Below are positions 34,307 through 44,982 of a stretch of 49,919 bases of DNA, in pieces. The notes beneath the pieces were generated by a model, which saw only the letters and a list, made by a program, of their open reading frames with translations, was not told the DNA's origin and did no database searches. The stretch comes from an uncultured Gammaproteobacteria bacterium (lineage in GTDB: Bacteria > Patescibacteriota > Microgenomatia > Levybacterales > UBA12049), in the NCBI GenBank assembly GCA_964628435.1, contig CAZVON010000001.1, forward strand, positions 1 to 49,919. Reading direction: 5' to 3'. How positions within the stretch are numbered: the stretch's first letter is position 1; the number at the start of each line of letters is the position of its first letter. Position numbers and translations under genes: made by a program.

Positions 34307-34876
34307 TCAGAGTTGGTTTTGTAATTTGTTTTTAACATGCTTTTGTTCTAGCTGGGGAAGTAACGAAATAACCGGTTCAAAAAATCCCGACACAATAAGT
34401 TTCTTTGCCTCTTTCTCTGATAATCCTCTACTTTGGATATAAAACATCTGTGATTCATCAGGTCTTCCAATTGTTGACGCATGACCAGCTTTTAACTGAT
34501 TCTCATCAATCTCAAGCGACGGAACACTTTTTCCTTTTGCATCATCAAAGAGTAATACTTTTGACGCAAAGTATCCATCTGCGTTCTTAGCACCTTTTTT
34601 GATCCGTACCATTCCCTGGTTGTTAAACGTAGCTTTATCAAAAAACACACCACGTAATGTTGTTAAACTTTGTGTATGTGCGGCTTCATGTACTATATTC
34701 GTATTAAAAACAACAGAATTACTTTTATTGCCTAAAAAAACCCCAATAAGAGTCAGTTTCCCTCCTTCTCCCACTAATCGAACATCAAATTGTACTTCTT
34801 TCTCGTCACCATTAACCCAGACAAAAGGAACAATTTTTTCTTCATTTTTTTTAACAATAACATCTATTTTTTTCAT
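34307..34876 (-). CDS. sufD: Short SufD-like Fe-S assembly protein (SufB/D beta-helix C-terminal part)
   Basis: PSLEIDENQLKAGHASTIGRPDESQMFYIQSRGLSEKEAKKLIVSGF matches the SufBD C-terminal signature. At 189 aa it is much shorter than classical SufD. Confidence 0.75.
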   Translation of the reverse strand: MKKIDVIVKKNEEKIVPFVWVNGDEKEVQFDVRLVGEGGKLTLIGVFLGNKSNSVVFNTNIVHEAAHTQSLTTLRGVFFDKATFNNQGMVRIKKGAKNADGYFASKVLLFDDAKGKSVPSLEIDENQLKAGHASTIGRPDESQMFYIQSRGLSEKEAKKLIVSGFFEPVISLLPQLEQKHVKNKLQNQL

Positions 34877-36294
34877 TATCCAACGGCTCCAGTCATTTCT
34901 AGTTGAATCAAACGATTTAGTTCCACTGCATATTCCATTGGTAATTCTTTGACAATCGGTTCAACAAACCCATTCACGATCATTACTTCTGCCTTAGGTT
35001 GTGAAATACCACGAGACTGAAAATAGAATAACTGTTCTTCACCAATCTTAGATACTGAAGCCTCATGACCAACGGTTACTTTTTCTTCGTTAATAGTCAT
35101 AGTCGGATACGTATCTGAACGACTATGCTCGTCAAGAATCAAAGCATCGCATCGCACTGTTGACTTACTATTTTTTGCTCCTTTTGCTACATACAATAAC
35201 CCTCTATATGATGTTCTTCCACCATCTTTACTTACAGACTTGGACGTGACTACTGAAGATGTCTCAGGCGCTAAATGAATTGCTTTTCCACCAGCGTCTT
35301 GGTGTTGTCCTGCCGAAGCGAAAGCAAGGGAGAGGATTTCTCCCCGCGCTTTTCTTCCTCGTAAGTACACAGAAGGGTACTTCATGGTTAATTGACTTCC
35401 TAAATTGCCGTCGATCCACTCTCCAAACCCTTCTTCTTCGATAAACATTCGCTTGGTAACTAGATTATATACGTTTTTACTCCAATTCTGAATAGTTGTA
35501 TAGCGTACTCGAGCTCCCTTTTTAACAATAATTTCAACAACTGCTGCATGGAGCGAATCAGTAGAATAAATTGGCGCAGTACAACCTTCTATATAATGAA
35601 CGTAACTTCCTTCATCCGCTAAAATAAGAGTTCGTTCAAATTGTCCCATGTTTTTTGCATTAATTCGGAAATACGCCTGAAGTGGCAACTCTACGTGTAT
35701 TCCTTTCGGAACGTAAATAAATGACCCACCTGACCATACTGCGGTATTTAATGCAGCAAATTTATTATCAGCCGCAGGAATAACCGTACCAAAATATTGT
35801 TTTACAATCTCAGGATACTTTTGGATCGCGGTGTCGGTATCAACGAAAATAACTCCTTGTTGTCTCAGTGTTTTGGAAATACTATGATACACAACTTCTG
35901 AATCATACTGAGCGCCAACTCCTGCTAAAAATTTACGTTCTGCTTGTGGAATACCAATTTTGTCAAAGGTATTTTTTATTTCTACGGGTACTTCATCCCA
36001 GCTACGACCTCGTGTTGCTATTGGCTTTACATAGTAATACATATCACCAAAATTAAGACGAGACAAATCTCCTCCCCACATAGGAAGTTGTTTTGCGTAA
36101 AAAAGTCTCAATGCTTTAAGACGAATAGAACGCATCCATTCAGGTTCTTTTTTTATCCATGAAATCTCTTCAACAATTTTTTCCGATAAACCTTTTTTCG
36201 TTACAAAAACAGGTTTTATTTTGTCATGAAAACCAAATTGATACCCTGAAAGGTCAAACTGTCGCATATCCTTTTTTTTCGATGCTTCGAACAA
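34876..36294 (-). CDS. sufB: Fe-S cluster assembly protein SufB
   Basis: Full-length SufB-like protein (…[36 protein letters not shown]…). The start (36294 or 36267) overlaps the sufC end. Confidence 0.9.
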   Translation of the reverse strand: MFEASKKKDMRQFDLSGYQFGFHDKIKPVFVTKKGLSEKIVEEISWIKKEPEWMRSIRLKALRLFYAKQLPMWGGDLSRLNFGDMYYYVKPIATRGRSWDEVPVEIKNTFDKIGIPQAERKFLAGVGAQYDSEVVYHSISKTLRQQGVIFVDTDTAIQKYPEIVKQYFGTVIPAADNKFAALNTAVWSGGSFIYVPKGIHVELPLQAYFRINAKNMGQFERTLILADEGSYVHYIEGCTAPIYSTDSLHAAVVEIIVKKGARVRYTTIQNWSKNVYNLVTKRMFIEEEGFGEWIDGNLGSQLTMKYPSVYLRGRKARGEILSLAFASAGQHQDAGGKAIHLAPETSSVVTSKSVSKDGGRTSYRGLLYVAKGAKNSKSTVRCDALILDEHSRSDTYPTMTINEEKVTVGHEASVSKIGEEQLFYFQSRGISQPKAEVMIVNGFVEPIVKELPMEYAVELNRLIQLEMTGAVG

Positions 36295-36994
36295 GATTCA
36301 TTCCACCTGATTTTTTGATTCTTCCATCAATTAATATATGAACAGTATCTGGTTTAAGGTAATGAAGAATTCGTTGGTAGTGAGTGATAAGTAGTATTCC
36401 TAGCGAGTGTTTTTTTATTGCTTGTTGTATCGCATGGGCAACAATCTTTAAGCTATCAATATCAAGACCAGAATCTATTTCGTCTAATATTGCAAATTTC
36501 GGTTTTAATACCAATAACTGCGCGATTTCCGCTCGTTTTTTTTCTCCACCAGAAAATCCTTCATTCACAGAGCGACCCATAAAATCTTTGTTTAGTCCCA
36601 CAGATTTGAGTCCTTCTTTTACTTCCTGCTTAAACTGGGAAAGAGGAATTTTTTCATCGGGATGTAACTGTTTATATGCAGTTCGTAAAAATGCTAAGAA
36701 GGATACGCCAGGAATTTCAACCGGTTGTTGAAAGGAAACAAATAGTCCTTCTTGTGCTCTTTTATCTGGAGTTAAATCAATTAAGCTTTTTTTATTAATG
36801 CTGAATGTCCAATTCTGAGTAGTGAGCTGAGGATGAGCCATCAGACTCATTGCCAGGGTAGTTTTTCCTGCACCATTGGGACCCATAATCGCGTGGACTT
36901 CACCAGCTTTTAGGGTTAAACTTAACCCTTTCAGAATTTCTTTTTCCTCTATTACCACGTGTAGATTTTTAATGACTAATACATTCTTTCCCAT
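36254..36994 (-). CDS. sufC: Fe-S cluster assembly ATPase SufC
   Basis: Walker [18 protein letters not shown], and Walker [13 protein letters not shown]. Confidence 0.9.
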   Translation of the reverse strand: MGKNVLVIKNLHVVIEEKEILKGLSLTLKAGEVHAIMGPNGAGKTTLAMSLMAHPQLTTQNWTFSINKKSLIDLTPDKRAQEGLFVSFQQPVEIPGVSFLAFLRTAYKQLHPDEKIPLSQFKQEVKEGLKSVGLNKDFMGRSVNEGFSGGEKKRAEIAQLLVLKPKFAILDEIDSGLDIDSLKIVAHAIQQAIKKHSLGILLITHYQRILHYLKPDTVHILIDGRIKKSGGMNLVRSIEKKGYATV

Positions 36995-37014
36995 TCAAAA
37001 GACTAGCAGGTGAC

Positions 37015-37043
37015 AGTTTATGAAAAAAAAATGCATCAGTCAA
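37015..37043 (-). promoter_or_regulatory. Candidate suf operon promoter
   Basis: On the minus strand: TTGACT (37043-37038), a 17-nt spacer, then TAAACT (37020-37015), 20 nt before the sufC ATG. Confidence 0.5.
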
Positions 37044-37064
37044 TAACAAATCCTCCGAGACTAT

Positions 37065-37093
37065 TTGACAAGCATGTTTTATCGTGAAATACT
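37065..37093 (+). promoter_or_regulatory. Promoter with extended -10 placed 6 nt before the ATG (leaderless-type)
   Basis: TTGACA (37065-37070), a 17-nt spacer ending in TGA, AATACT (37088-37093), GTAGCT, then the ATG at 37100. Confidence 0.55.
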
Positions 37094-37099
37094 GTAGCT

Positions 37100-37390
37100 A
37101 TGGACCAAAATAATCAAACTAATCAACAAATTCCTCAAACGCCAGAAACACCTCCTATTCAACAACCTCCTCCACTGCAACAATCCAACTCTCAACCAAT
37201 TTTTGCCCAACCTCAACAACCACCACTACACGAAACCCTCACTATTCCTCCACCCCCTGTAAGCTCAGGTATGAATTTTAATAAAATCCTTATGATTCTA
37301 ATCATTTTTGTGCTCGTAGGAGGATTATTTGCTCTGGGTGCTTATTTTTTTGACCTCAATCAATTAACCACAACCAACAACCACAAATAA
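37100..37390 (+). CDS. P/Q-rich N-terminal region plus TM segment; 5' half of a frameshift-split gene
   Basis: MDQNNQTNQQIPQTPETPPIQQPPPLQQ... followed by TM ILMILIIFVLVGGLFALGAYFF. The ORF stops 12 codons after the TM. Confidence 0.6.
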   Translation: MDQNNQTNQQIPQTPETPPIQQPPPLQQSNSQPIFAQPQQPPLHETLTIPPPPVSSGMNFNKILMILIIFVLVGGLFALGAYFFDLNQLTTTNNHK

Positions 37391-37938
37391 CACCTATCGT
37401 ACAAACAGAACCTCCTACGAGCACACCACTTCCTGATGTAACTGCCTCATGGTTTACTTACGCAGATACCACATATGGATTTTCTTTTAAATATCCAAAA
37501 GAGTGGACCATTGAAACTCCCAGTCTTGACGGAAAACATATTAACAATAAAACACTTCTTCAGATAAATTTAAGTAACGGTAAAGATCCTAAAAATAAAA
37601 TTCTACTTGAAAATGATAAAAATGTTCTTTCTATGACAATTCGCGTGTGGGAAAAAAATAAGTTATCTTCAGATGTAGCTATGGCTCAATATGATTCTTT
37701 TTTTCAAAATGAACAGCTAGGGCCAGCAGTTCAACCACAAACAAGCAATTCTAATTGGATTATAAGAAAAGTATCCAGCAAAGGAGGAGTAGCAAACGAA
37801 ATTCATAGTCAAGCATGGGAAAACTATCTATACATCATAGAACTAGCCCCAACAGATTCATTACTCATATCTACAGCAGAAAAGATCATCTCAACATTCC
37901 AGTTTGTTCCAAACCTCCCTCAAGAAGGACGAGGATAA
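37354..37938 (+). CDS. Extracytoplasmic domain; 3' half of the same split gene (frame open from 37354, first ATG only at 37633)
   Basis: The frame is open for 195 codons (..QQPQITPIVQTEPPTSTPLPDVTASWFTYADTTYGFSFKYPKEWTIE...). There is no ATG/GTG/TTG before 37633, so the domain lacks its own start. Confidence 0.55.
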   Translation, partial: PQSINHNQQPQITPIVQTEPPTSTPLPDVTASWFTYADTTYGFSFKYPKEWTIETPSLDGKHINNKTLLQINLSNGKDPKNKILLENDKNVLSMTIRVWEKNKLSSDVAMAQYDSFFQNEQLGPAVQPQTSNSNWIIRKVSSKGGVANEIHSQAWENYLYIIELAPTDSLLISTAEKIISTFQFVPNLPQEGRG

Positions 37939-37942
37939 TATA

Positions 37943-39514
37943 TTACTCCTTGCCTTGATAGTGAACTAGCTTATATACTTTTACTACACTTATATTCCAT
38001 TCTTGCGCAATTTCCGCTCTTCCAAACCCTGCGACTTCCCAAAGCGAATGCCCTAATGGTTTACAATCTAGGTCTTCACAAATAACCACCAGTTGATCGG
38101 TTACTGACCTTCGTTTTGGATCAACTTGAGGATTAAGAATCGTAATAGGTTTTCTATTTTTGAGTTCAAAAAAATATCGATACCCGTGATCAGAATTTCC
38201 TAAAGTAATAAGAGCGAAGTTAAACGGTTTGTTATCTGTTTTTGATAAAACAAACTCTGCGATTTCTTTTACTTGATCTTTTTGTTTGTTGGGAGAAAAC
38301 CTGAATGGAATTCCAGATAAATTAAGCCATAAGATTATTACCAAAAAACAGCAAACTATCATCTTATATGACGTTTTTTGTTGAAATAAAAACGAAAAAG
38401 TCTTGCCAACCATTAAAAATGGTATTGGAAACATAAATTGAAAATAATAGTCGTAGATGGGCTTTTTATAAAACCCGAAAAGCAATATACCAATTGTTAA
38501 CCAAAACAGCAAAAGTGTATACTGCTGAAATTTGATGTCTGAATACGGAAATAATCTTTTATATTGATACAAAAATATAGCGATGCTAGTAACTGACAAG
38601 AAGAGCGTAAAATAATACCACAAAGCAATATCTCCATGAGCTTTAATCGAAACCTGTTCTGGAGGAGGATACGTAGTGATAAGTCTCCCATATAAGCGAA
38701 ACAAAACATTTCCTACTATGGGCATAAATTGGGTTGTAGTCCCCGTATCTCCAGAATGAAAGATAAAACGAATAATGCTTTGGGTATTGGGAAATCCATG
38801 CCGAACTTCAAATGTTAAAAACGGAGACCAACCAATAATAAACCCAATAAAAATCCAAAGGTAACTTTTAATCACATAAACTACTTTTTTCAGAGATTTT
38901 TTTTTAAAGAAAGGATAAAATTGCACAAAAAATATATATAACAATATCACTGGAATAAGAAAAGTCGCAACATAATGTAGCTGCATTAATACACCAAATA
39001 ATAACCCACATATAACAAATAATAAGTTACTATTTTTATGTACAGCTTTATAAAGCGTATAAAGCATGAGTAAGCTAAAAAATGGCATTACATTTGGATT
39101 CCATGAAGAACGAGAATATGCAATAACTAGTGGCGAAATTGCATAGATAAGTGCTGCGATATATCCTGCCTTTTTATCAAAAAATTCGCTTCCTACCTTA
39201 TATATCAGAAATACTGTCGCTACGCCAAATAGACCAACCATAATAGCAGGACCAACTGGATCAAAGTTAAAAAGCCATAAAAATGGAGCCATGAAATAAT
39301 AGTAAATTGGACCCAAGAAAAACCCACCAACAGAAGAAGTGGGACCAAGAAGAGTAAATCTGCCCTGTAAAATATCACGAACAACTAATGCGTCTCTTCC
39401 TTCATCTCCCAAAAAAGTCATATACCCATCTATCCTGTATAATCGCAAAAACGTAGCTAAAATTAGAAGGAAAAGTACTATGATGAATTCCTTATTTTTT
39501 CGAACGAGTTCCAT
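37943..39514 (-). CDS. GT-C fold glycosyltransferase, family 39 / ArnT-PMT-like
   Basis: FLRLYRIDGYMTFLGDEGRDALVVRDIL (first-loop DE motif), about 12 TM segments, and a C-terminal soluble domain. Confidence 0.7.
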   Translation of the reverse strand: MELVRKNKEFIIVLFLLILATFLRLYRIDGYMTFLGDEGRDALVVRDILQGRFTLLGPTSSVGGFFLGPIYYYFMAPFLWLFNFDPVGPAIMVGLFGVATVFLIYKVGSEFFDKKAGYIAALIYAISPLVIAYSRSSWNPNVMPFFSLLMLYTLYKAVHKNSNLLFVICGLLFGVLMQLHYVATFLIPVILLYIFFVQFYPFFKKKSLKKVVYVIKSYLWIFIGFIIGWSPFLTFEVRHGFPNTQSIIRFIFHSGDTGTTTQFMPIVGNVLFRLYGRLITTYPPPEQVSIKAHGDIALWYYFTLFLSVTSIAIFLYQYKRLFPYSDIKFQQYTLLLFWLTIGILLFGFYKKPIYDYYFQFMFPIPFLMVGKTFSFLFQQKTSYKMIVCCFLVIILWLNLSGIPFRFSPNKQKDQVKEIAEFVLSKTDNKPFNFALITLGNSDHGYRYFFELKNRKPITILNPQVDPKRRSVTDQLVVICEDLDCKPLGHSLWEVAGFGRAEIAQEWNISVVKVYKLVHYQGKE

Positions 39515-40742
39515 TTTTTAAGTGTTGTGTTTTCCAAATAATTTTATTATACACAATGTAATTAAATGGAACTACCAAAAATATAATTGTCGGAATCACT
39601 ACGACAATCCTTGTTGGAATCATATAGGTATTGAAGACAATTGACGTTCCTACTAATTTTACTCCAATCCATACTGTAAGTGATTGAATAATAATTGATG
39701 CCATAGAGGTCATATTAAATTTTAGTAATCGAACTATAAACGGTGATTTTTCTTTAAGAGTTAAAGTGTCGTTAAATGTCCAAAAATTGTTAAACATAAA
39801 GTTTGATATTATTGCTGATTCAGCTCCAATTCCTGCCGCAATTGCTTGAGATAACGAAACAGTATCTTGATGAGGGAAAAAGATAAGAGAAATTATACTA
39901 CTTATAACAAACGACAACGTGTATGCTAATCCGGAATAAACAGATAATTCCTGAGTAGTTATTTGAATAATGAAACCAGTTCCACCTACAATAAGAAACT
40001 TAACAAATCGTTTCAATTCAAGAATCCGAGCGACAACAACATATTTAAGTAAGTTAAAAATATATTCTGCAGGTGCAAACTTAGATCTTCCGTATGTTCG
40101 ATCTTTTGCCTGAAATGGCACTTCAGCGACTTTAAAACCATCTTGAAGTGTTTTATGTAAAAACGCCACCTGAAATGTATATCCCTTAAAATTTTTAAGT
40201 TTTTCCTTCTCCTTTAAAAATACTTCTTTTCTAACTGCTCGAAATCCACCAGTCCAGTCGTGAAGATAAAAACGCATAAGGATGGAACGAACTAAAAAAT
40301 TCCCCATCATTGAATAAAGCTTTCGATCAAACCCCCAGTTTGAGGGTATCGATCCTCCATCACTATATCGGGTACCTATTACCATATCGTATCCCTCATC
40401 AATCTTATCCAGAAATTCAGGAATCTTCTGAGGATCATGGAAAAAATCAGCATCCATCTCAAAAATAATATCTGCCTGTAATTGTTTAATTGCCAAATCC
40501 ATCGCACGAATATATGCCGCTCCCAGCCCTTGTTTGGGACCAGTAATTACATGAAGATTTTTATATTTTCCCATGAATTTTTTGACAGCATCTTGTGTTC
40601 CATCAGGAGAATTATCATCAGCTACTAAAATATGCATTTCGTGTTTCGTAATCTGAGGGAAAACGTCATTTTCTAAAATAGGAATTAATTTTTCAATATT
40701 ACCTTTTTCGTTATAGGTGGGATTTATAATAACTACTTTCAT
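39492..40742 (-). CDS. GT2 polyprenyl-phosphate glycosyltransferase (DPM1/GtrB/ArnC-like) fused to a GtrA-like 4-TM domain
   Basis: N-terminus VIINPTYNEKGNI...VADDNSPDGT...EMDADF (GT-A DxD). The C-terminus FVKFLIVGGTGFIIQ... with 4 TM segments is typical of the GtrA family. Confidence 0.75.
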   Translation of the reverse strand: MKVVIINPTYNEKGNIEKLIPILENDVFPQITKHEMHILVADDNSPDGTQDAVKKFMGKYKNLHVITGPKQGLGAAYIRAMDLAIKQLQADIIFEMDADFFHDPQKIPEFLDKIDEGYDMVIGTRYSDGGSIPSNWGFDRKLYSMMGNFLVRSILMRFYLHDWTGGFRAVRKEVFLKEKEKLKNFKGYTFQVAFLHKTLQDGFKVAEVPFQAKDRTYGRSKFAPAEYIFNLLKYVVVARILELKRFVKFLIVGGTGFIIQITTQELSVYSGLAYTLSFVISSIISLIFFPHQDTVSLSQAIAAGIGAESAIISNFMFNNFWTFNDTLTLKEKSPFIVRLLKFNMTSMASIIIQSLTVWIGVKLVGTSIVFNTYMIPTRIVVVIPTIIFLVVPFNYIVYNKIIWKTQHLKNGTRSKK

Positions 40743-41692
40743 AATGTTTTAAAATGTTGTATTGTTTTCTTTAAGCCTTCCTCAAGGGTAATTTGCGGCT
40801 TCCAATTAAGACACTCCCACGCCTTACTGATATCAGGCCTTCTCTTTTTAGGATCATCCAATGGAAGTTCTTCTGAAGATACAATAACGCTTTTTGAATT
40901 TGTTAATTTCTTTATCATCTTTGCATATTCATTTACCGTATGTTCCTCTGAAGATCCCAAGTTAATTATTGTTTTATCGGTATTATCATAAAACATTAAC
41001 CTTACCAACCCTTCAATAAGGTCGTCGATAAAACAAAGGCTTCTTGTTTGCTCTCCATCTCCAAAAACAGTAATGGGATTATCTGAAATTGCCTGATTGA
41101 TAAACGAGATAATCATTCTCCCATCTTCTTTCTGCATATTAGGACCAAATGTATTAAAGATCCGTGCAATTCGCCCGTTCAATCCTTTTTCTCTCCAAAA
41201 GTATGCTGTCAATGTTTCTCCAAATCGCTTTGATTCGTCGTATACAGACCGAGGACCAGTTGTTGATACATTTCCTCTATATTCTTCTTTTTGTGGATGT
41301 TCTAACGGATCGCCATATACCTCAGAAGTTGATCCGAATAAAAACCGTGCTGAGTTTTTTTGAGAGAATTCTAATAATCTTAATGTCCCAAGAGTGTTTA
41401 CAATCATTGTTTCGTATGCTAAAGCGTGATAACTTTTCGGGCTATGATGATTTGGAGAAGCAGGAGAAGCAAGATGAAACACAAAATCAGCCTTTACCTC
41501 ACTTGGTAACCGTTGGGTAATATCGTGATTAAGAAATGTAAATGCAGAATTGTCTTTGAGTAGTTTTAGGTTGTCTAAATGACCTGTAATCAAATTATCT
41601 ACAGAAATAACATGATATTCATCTTTCAACAATCTGTTGCAAAGATGCGATCCGATAAATCCTGCCCCACCAGCAACTAATGCCGTGCGCAT
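40739..41692 (-). CDS. UDP-glucuronate decarboxylase (UDP-xylose synthase)-like SDR
   Basis: GGAGFIGSHLCNRLL, STSEVYGDPLEHPQKEEYRGNV, YDESKRFGE and IARIFNTFGPNM closely follow the UXS pattern. Confidence 0.75.
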   Translation of the reverse strand: MRTALVAGGAGFIGSHLCNRLLKDEYHVISVDNLITGHLDNLKLLKDNSAFTFLNHDITQRLPSEVKADFVFHLASPASPNHHSPKSYHALAYETMIVNTLGTLRLLEFSQKNSARFLFGSTSEVYGDPLEHPQKEEYRGNVSTTGPRSVYDESKRFGETLTAYFWREKGLNGRIARIFNTFGPNMQKEDGRMIISFINQAISDNPITVFGDGEQTRSLCFIDDLIEGLVRLMFYDNTDKTIINLGSSEEHTVNEYAKMIKKLTNSKSVIVSSEELPLDDPKKRRPDISKAWECLNWKPQITLEEGLKKTIQHFKTL

Positions 41693-41697
41693 AAGAT

Positions 41698-42672
41698 TTA
41701 CTTACCACTCCTTTTTTCTAACTCTACGTCAGCTTCTACCATTACCTTTACTAATTGCTGGAAACTCGTTTTTTGTTCCCATCCCAATTCTTTTTTTGCT
41801 TTACTACAGTCACCTATTAAATAGTCTACTTCCGCTGGTCGTATATACTCTTTTTTATTCGGGACTACATATTTTTTCCAATTTGAAATACCTACTACCT
41901 CAAACGCTAACTGAAGGAATTCCGAAACGCTGTGGTTTTCTCCTGTTGCTATTACATAATCATCCGCTTCTTTCTGTTGTAACATAAGCCACATCGCTTC
42001 AACATAGTCGCCCGCAAACCCCCAGTCTCTTTTTGCTTCTAAATTCCCAAGTTCTATCTTGTCTTGAAGTCCCAAACTTATTCGCGCAACAGCATGACTA
42101 ATTTTACGAGTTACAAATTCCAATCCTCGTCTTGGAGACTCATGGTTAAAAAGAATTCCAGAACATGCAAATAAATCAAAGCTCTCTCTATAATTAACTG
42201 TTATATAGTGTCCGTACACTTTTGCCACGCCGTATGGACTGCGAGGATAAAACCGTGTAGTTTCTTTTTGCGGTGTTTCTGTAACTTTCCCAAACATTTC
42301 AGAAGAAGAAGCTTGATAAAATTTTATCTTTGGATTAACTGTACGAATTGCTTCTAACATTCGAGTTACTCCAATTGCGGTAAATTCTCCAGTCAAAACA
42401 GGTTGATTCCATGAGGTTTTCACAAAAGATTGTGCCGCTAAATTATATACTTCTTCCGGATCTGTCTCTGCAATTGCCGATGCTAACGAGCTTTGGTCAA
42501 GAAGATCCCCTTGAACCAATTCAATCCTATCTTGAATATGTTTTATTCTTTCGTTATTAACCGTACTTGTCCTTCGAGTAAGTCCATATACTTTGTATCC
42601 TTTTTTTAATAAAAACTCAGCAAGATAAGAACCATCTTGCCCAGTGATGCCAGTGATAAGTGCTCTTTTCAT
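41698..42672 (-). CDS. gmd: GDP-mannose 4,6-dehydratase
   Basis: [44 protein letters not shown] and NHESPRRG. Confidence 0.9.
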   Translation of the reverse strand: MKRALITGITGQDGSYLAEFLLKKGYKVYGLTRRTSTVNNERIKHIQDRIELVQGDLLDQSSLASAIAETDPEEVYNLAAQSFVKTSWNQPVLTGEFTAIGVTRMLEAIRTVNPKIKFYQASSSEMFGKVTETPQKETTRFYPRSPYGVAKVYGHYITVNYRESFDLFACSGILFNHESPRRGLEFVTRKISHAVARISLGLQDKIELGNLEAKRDWGFAGDYVEAMWLMLQQKEADDYVIATGENHSVSEFLQLAFEVVGISNWKKYVVPNKKEYIRPAEVDYLIGDCSKAKKELGWEQKTSFQQLVKVMVEADVELEKRSGK

Positions 42673-42685
42673 AAGCTGTTCTATT

Positions 42686-43648
42686 TTAATTTAAATTTCT
42701 CCAATAATCTAGTGTATCTTCCAAACTTTGATTAAGATAAATTGATGGCTTCCAACCAGTAAGTTTTACGAACTTGGTGTTATCACAATACCTATCAAGA
42801 GAATCTTGAGGTCTGAGTAAATCTGGCTCAACTTCAACTTTGATTTTTACCTTTGAAAAGGCTGATAAAATATTTAACACATCAGAAATCTTATGTGAAA
42901 CTCCAGACCCGATATTATAGACATCTCCTATTTTTCCTTTTTCTAAAGCAATTTTATATGCTGCAACCATGTCTCTTACATCAGTAAAATCTCTCTTTGT
43001 TTCTAAATTTCCTACCTTTAACACTGGTTTTTTTTCACCTCGTTCAATTTCTACAATTTTTTGTGCAAAATCAGCTACGACAAAACCAGATGATTGTCTT
43101 GGTCCTATATGGTTGAATGGTCTAACTCTAACAACCTTGAGATTATAAGAAGTCACATATTGCAAACCAAGATAATCTTGCGTGATTTTTGAAACAGCAT
43201 AAGCATTGGCTGGATTAAACCGCGTATTTTCTTTAATAGGAAGATCTTTTTTTGAAACTGTTCCGTATATGTCAGCAGACGTTACTACTAAAATCTTTGT
43301 CTCTAAAAGCTGTTTTTTTCTAACACATTCCAGTATATTTAGTTGCACAACAATGTTATTCATTATCGTATCTTTAGGATTATCTAAGCTTCCTCCTACT
43401 GCAGGAAGAGCAGCTAAATGATAAATCAAATCTGGCTGTATAGAAGAAAGGATATCCGAAACTTTTTTTTCATTTGTCAGATCAAGTTGAAACAACGAAA
43501 TATTATTTCTAATTTCGACAATATTTTTTAGACTTTGTTCATGTAAATAAGAACCATAAATATCATATTTATTTTGTGATACTAGGTGATCTGCGAGGTG
43601 ACTCCCTGCGAAACCTGTTATTCCTGTAATAAAAATTCTTTGCTTCAT
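42686..43648 (-). CDS. rmd: GDP-4-keto-6-deoxy-D-mannose reductase-like SDR (Rmd-like; epimerase/reductase alternative not excluded)
   Basis: [28 protein letters not shown], and position directly downstream of gmd. The ATG at 43648 is preferred over 43669. Confidence 0.55.
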   Translation of the reverse strand: MKQRIFITGITGFAGSHLADHLVSQNKYDIYGSYLHEQSLKNIVEIRNNISLFQLDLTNEKKVSDILSSIQPDLIYHLAALPAVGGSLDNPKDTIMNNIVVQLNILECVRKKQLLETKILVVTSADIYGTVSKKDLPIKENTRFNPANAYAVSKITQDYLGLQYVTSYNLKVVRVRPFNHIGPRQSSGFVVADFAQKIVEIERGEKKPVLKVGNLETKRDFTDVRDMVAAYKIALEKGKIGDVYNIGSGVSHKISDVLNILSAFSKVKIKVEVEPDLLRPQDSLDRYCDNTKFVKLTGWKPSIYLNQSLEDTLDYWRNLN

Positions 43649-43681
43649 TTTTAAAAGAGAATGGGACACTCATTATAATAG

Positions 43682-44974
43682 CTATCGCCCTACTCCTAAA
43701 TACGTAAATCCTAATTCAATAACTGTTTGTGGCTCATAAATATTTCTTCCATCAAGCAGAATAGGCCTTTTCATAAGTTTTTTTATTTCCTGTAAATCGA
43801 GTTGTCTAAATTCATTCCATTCTGTCATGATGATAACAAGCTCACTTTCTTTTGCTACCGAATATGCGTCCTCACAAAATGTTATCCCATGCAATATCTT
43901 TTTTGCATTATCCATCGAGACAGGATCGTACGCTTTAATATGAGCACCTGCAGTTTCTAGCTCATTGATAATGGAAATCGAAGGAGCGTCTCTCATATCA
44001 TCTGTGTCTGGTTTAAAGGACAGTCCTAAGATTCCAATCGTTTTTCCTTTGAGTTGGCTGGAGAGAAGCTTTGTTGCTTTTTTAACAATGCTTTGCATCG
44101 CTTGATAATTGATCCTTTCTACTTCTTTTAGAAGGTTAAAATCATATCCAAATTGCTCAGATATCGCTATAAGAGCTTTTACATCTTTAGGGAAACAGCT
44201 TCCACCGTATCCTGCTCCAGGATTTAAAAATGAACTCCCAATTCTTTTGTCTAAACCAATTCCTTCTAAAACTTTCAATCCATCCGCACCAGCTAGTTCA
44301 GATAATTGAGCAATGGCGTTGGCAAAAGAAATTTTTGTAGCTAAAAATGCATTTGCGGCATATTTAATCATTTCTGCTGTTTGAATATTAGTCAACAGTA
44401 TATTCCCATCTATAGGCTTGTGAAGAGTTACTAACACTTCTTGTGCTTTTAAGGAATCTGTACCTACAACAATACGATCTGGGCGAAGAGTATCTGAAAT
44501 TGCCTGTCCCTCCCGTAAAAATTCAGGTACTGACGCAACATCAAATGATGCTTTTTCAGCCTTTGCTTTATCGATAAGCTCTCTTATTTTTTTATATGTC
44601 CCAACAGGAACAGTGCTCTTGGTAACAACAACAGTATAGCTATCTAAATGTCTACCTACCTTTTCTGCTACTTCAAATACAACTGAAAGATCTGCTTCTC
44701 CTGTTTTTTTTGGAGGAGTTCCCACAGCAATAAACACAACATCTGATTTTGGAATACTTTGTTTATAATCTAACGTAAACAAAAGCCTTTCCGCGTGAAC
44801 ATTTCGTTTTACTATTTCTTCCAAACCTGGTTCATAAATAGGAAGTATCCCTTTTTTAAGATTTTCAATTTTCGAAGGTGTATGTCCAATAACCCAAACC
44901 GTATTACCCAAATCAGAAAAAACTGCAGCCGTAACTAGTCCGACATATCCATGTCCAACAAAAGTAATTGTCAT
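43682..44974 (-). CDS. ugd: UDP-glucose 6-dehydrogenase
   Basis: ITFVGHGYVGLVTAAVFS, the catalytic GGSCFPKD, and FKPDTDDMRDAPS. Confidence 0.9.
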   Translation of the reverse strand: MTITFVGHGYVGLVTAAVFSDLGNTVWVIGHTPSKIENLKKGILPIYEPGLEEIVKRNVHAERLLFTLDYKQSIPKSDVVFIAVGTPPKKTGEADLSVVFEVAEKVGRHLDSYTVVVTKSTVPVGTYKKIRELIDKAKAEKASFDVASVPEFLREGQAISDTLRPDRIVVGTDSLKAQEVLVTLHKPIDGNILLTNIQTAEMIKYAANAFLATKISFANAIAQLSELAGADGLKVLEGIGLDKRIGSSFLNPGAGYGGSCFPKDVKALIAISEQFGYDFNLLKEVERINYQAMQSIVKKATKLLSSQLKGKTIGILGLSFKPDTDDMRDAPSISIINELETAGAHIKAYDPVSMDNAKKILHGITFCEDAYSVAKESELVIIMTEWNEFRQLDLQEIKKLMKRPILLDGRNIYEPQTVIELGFTYLGVGR

Positions 44975-44982
44975 AAATAAAC

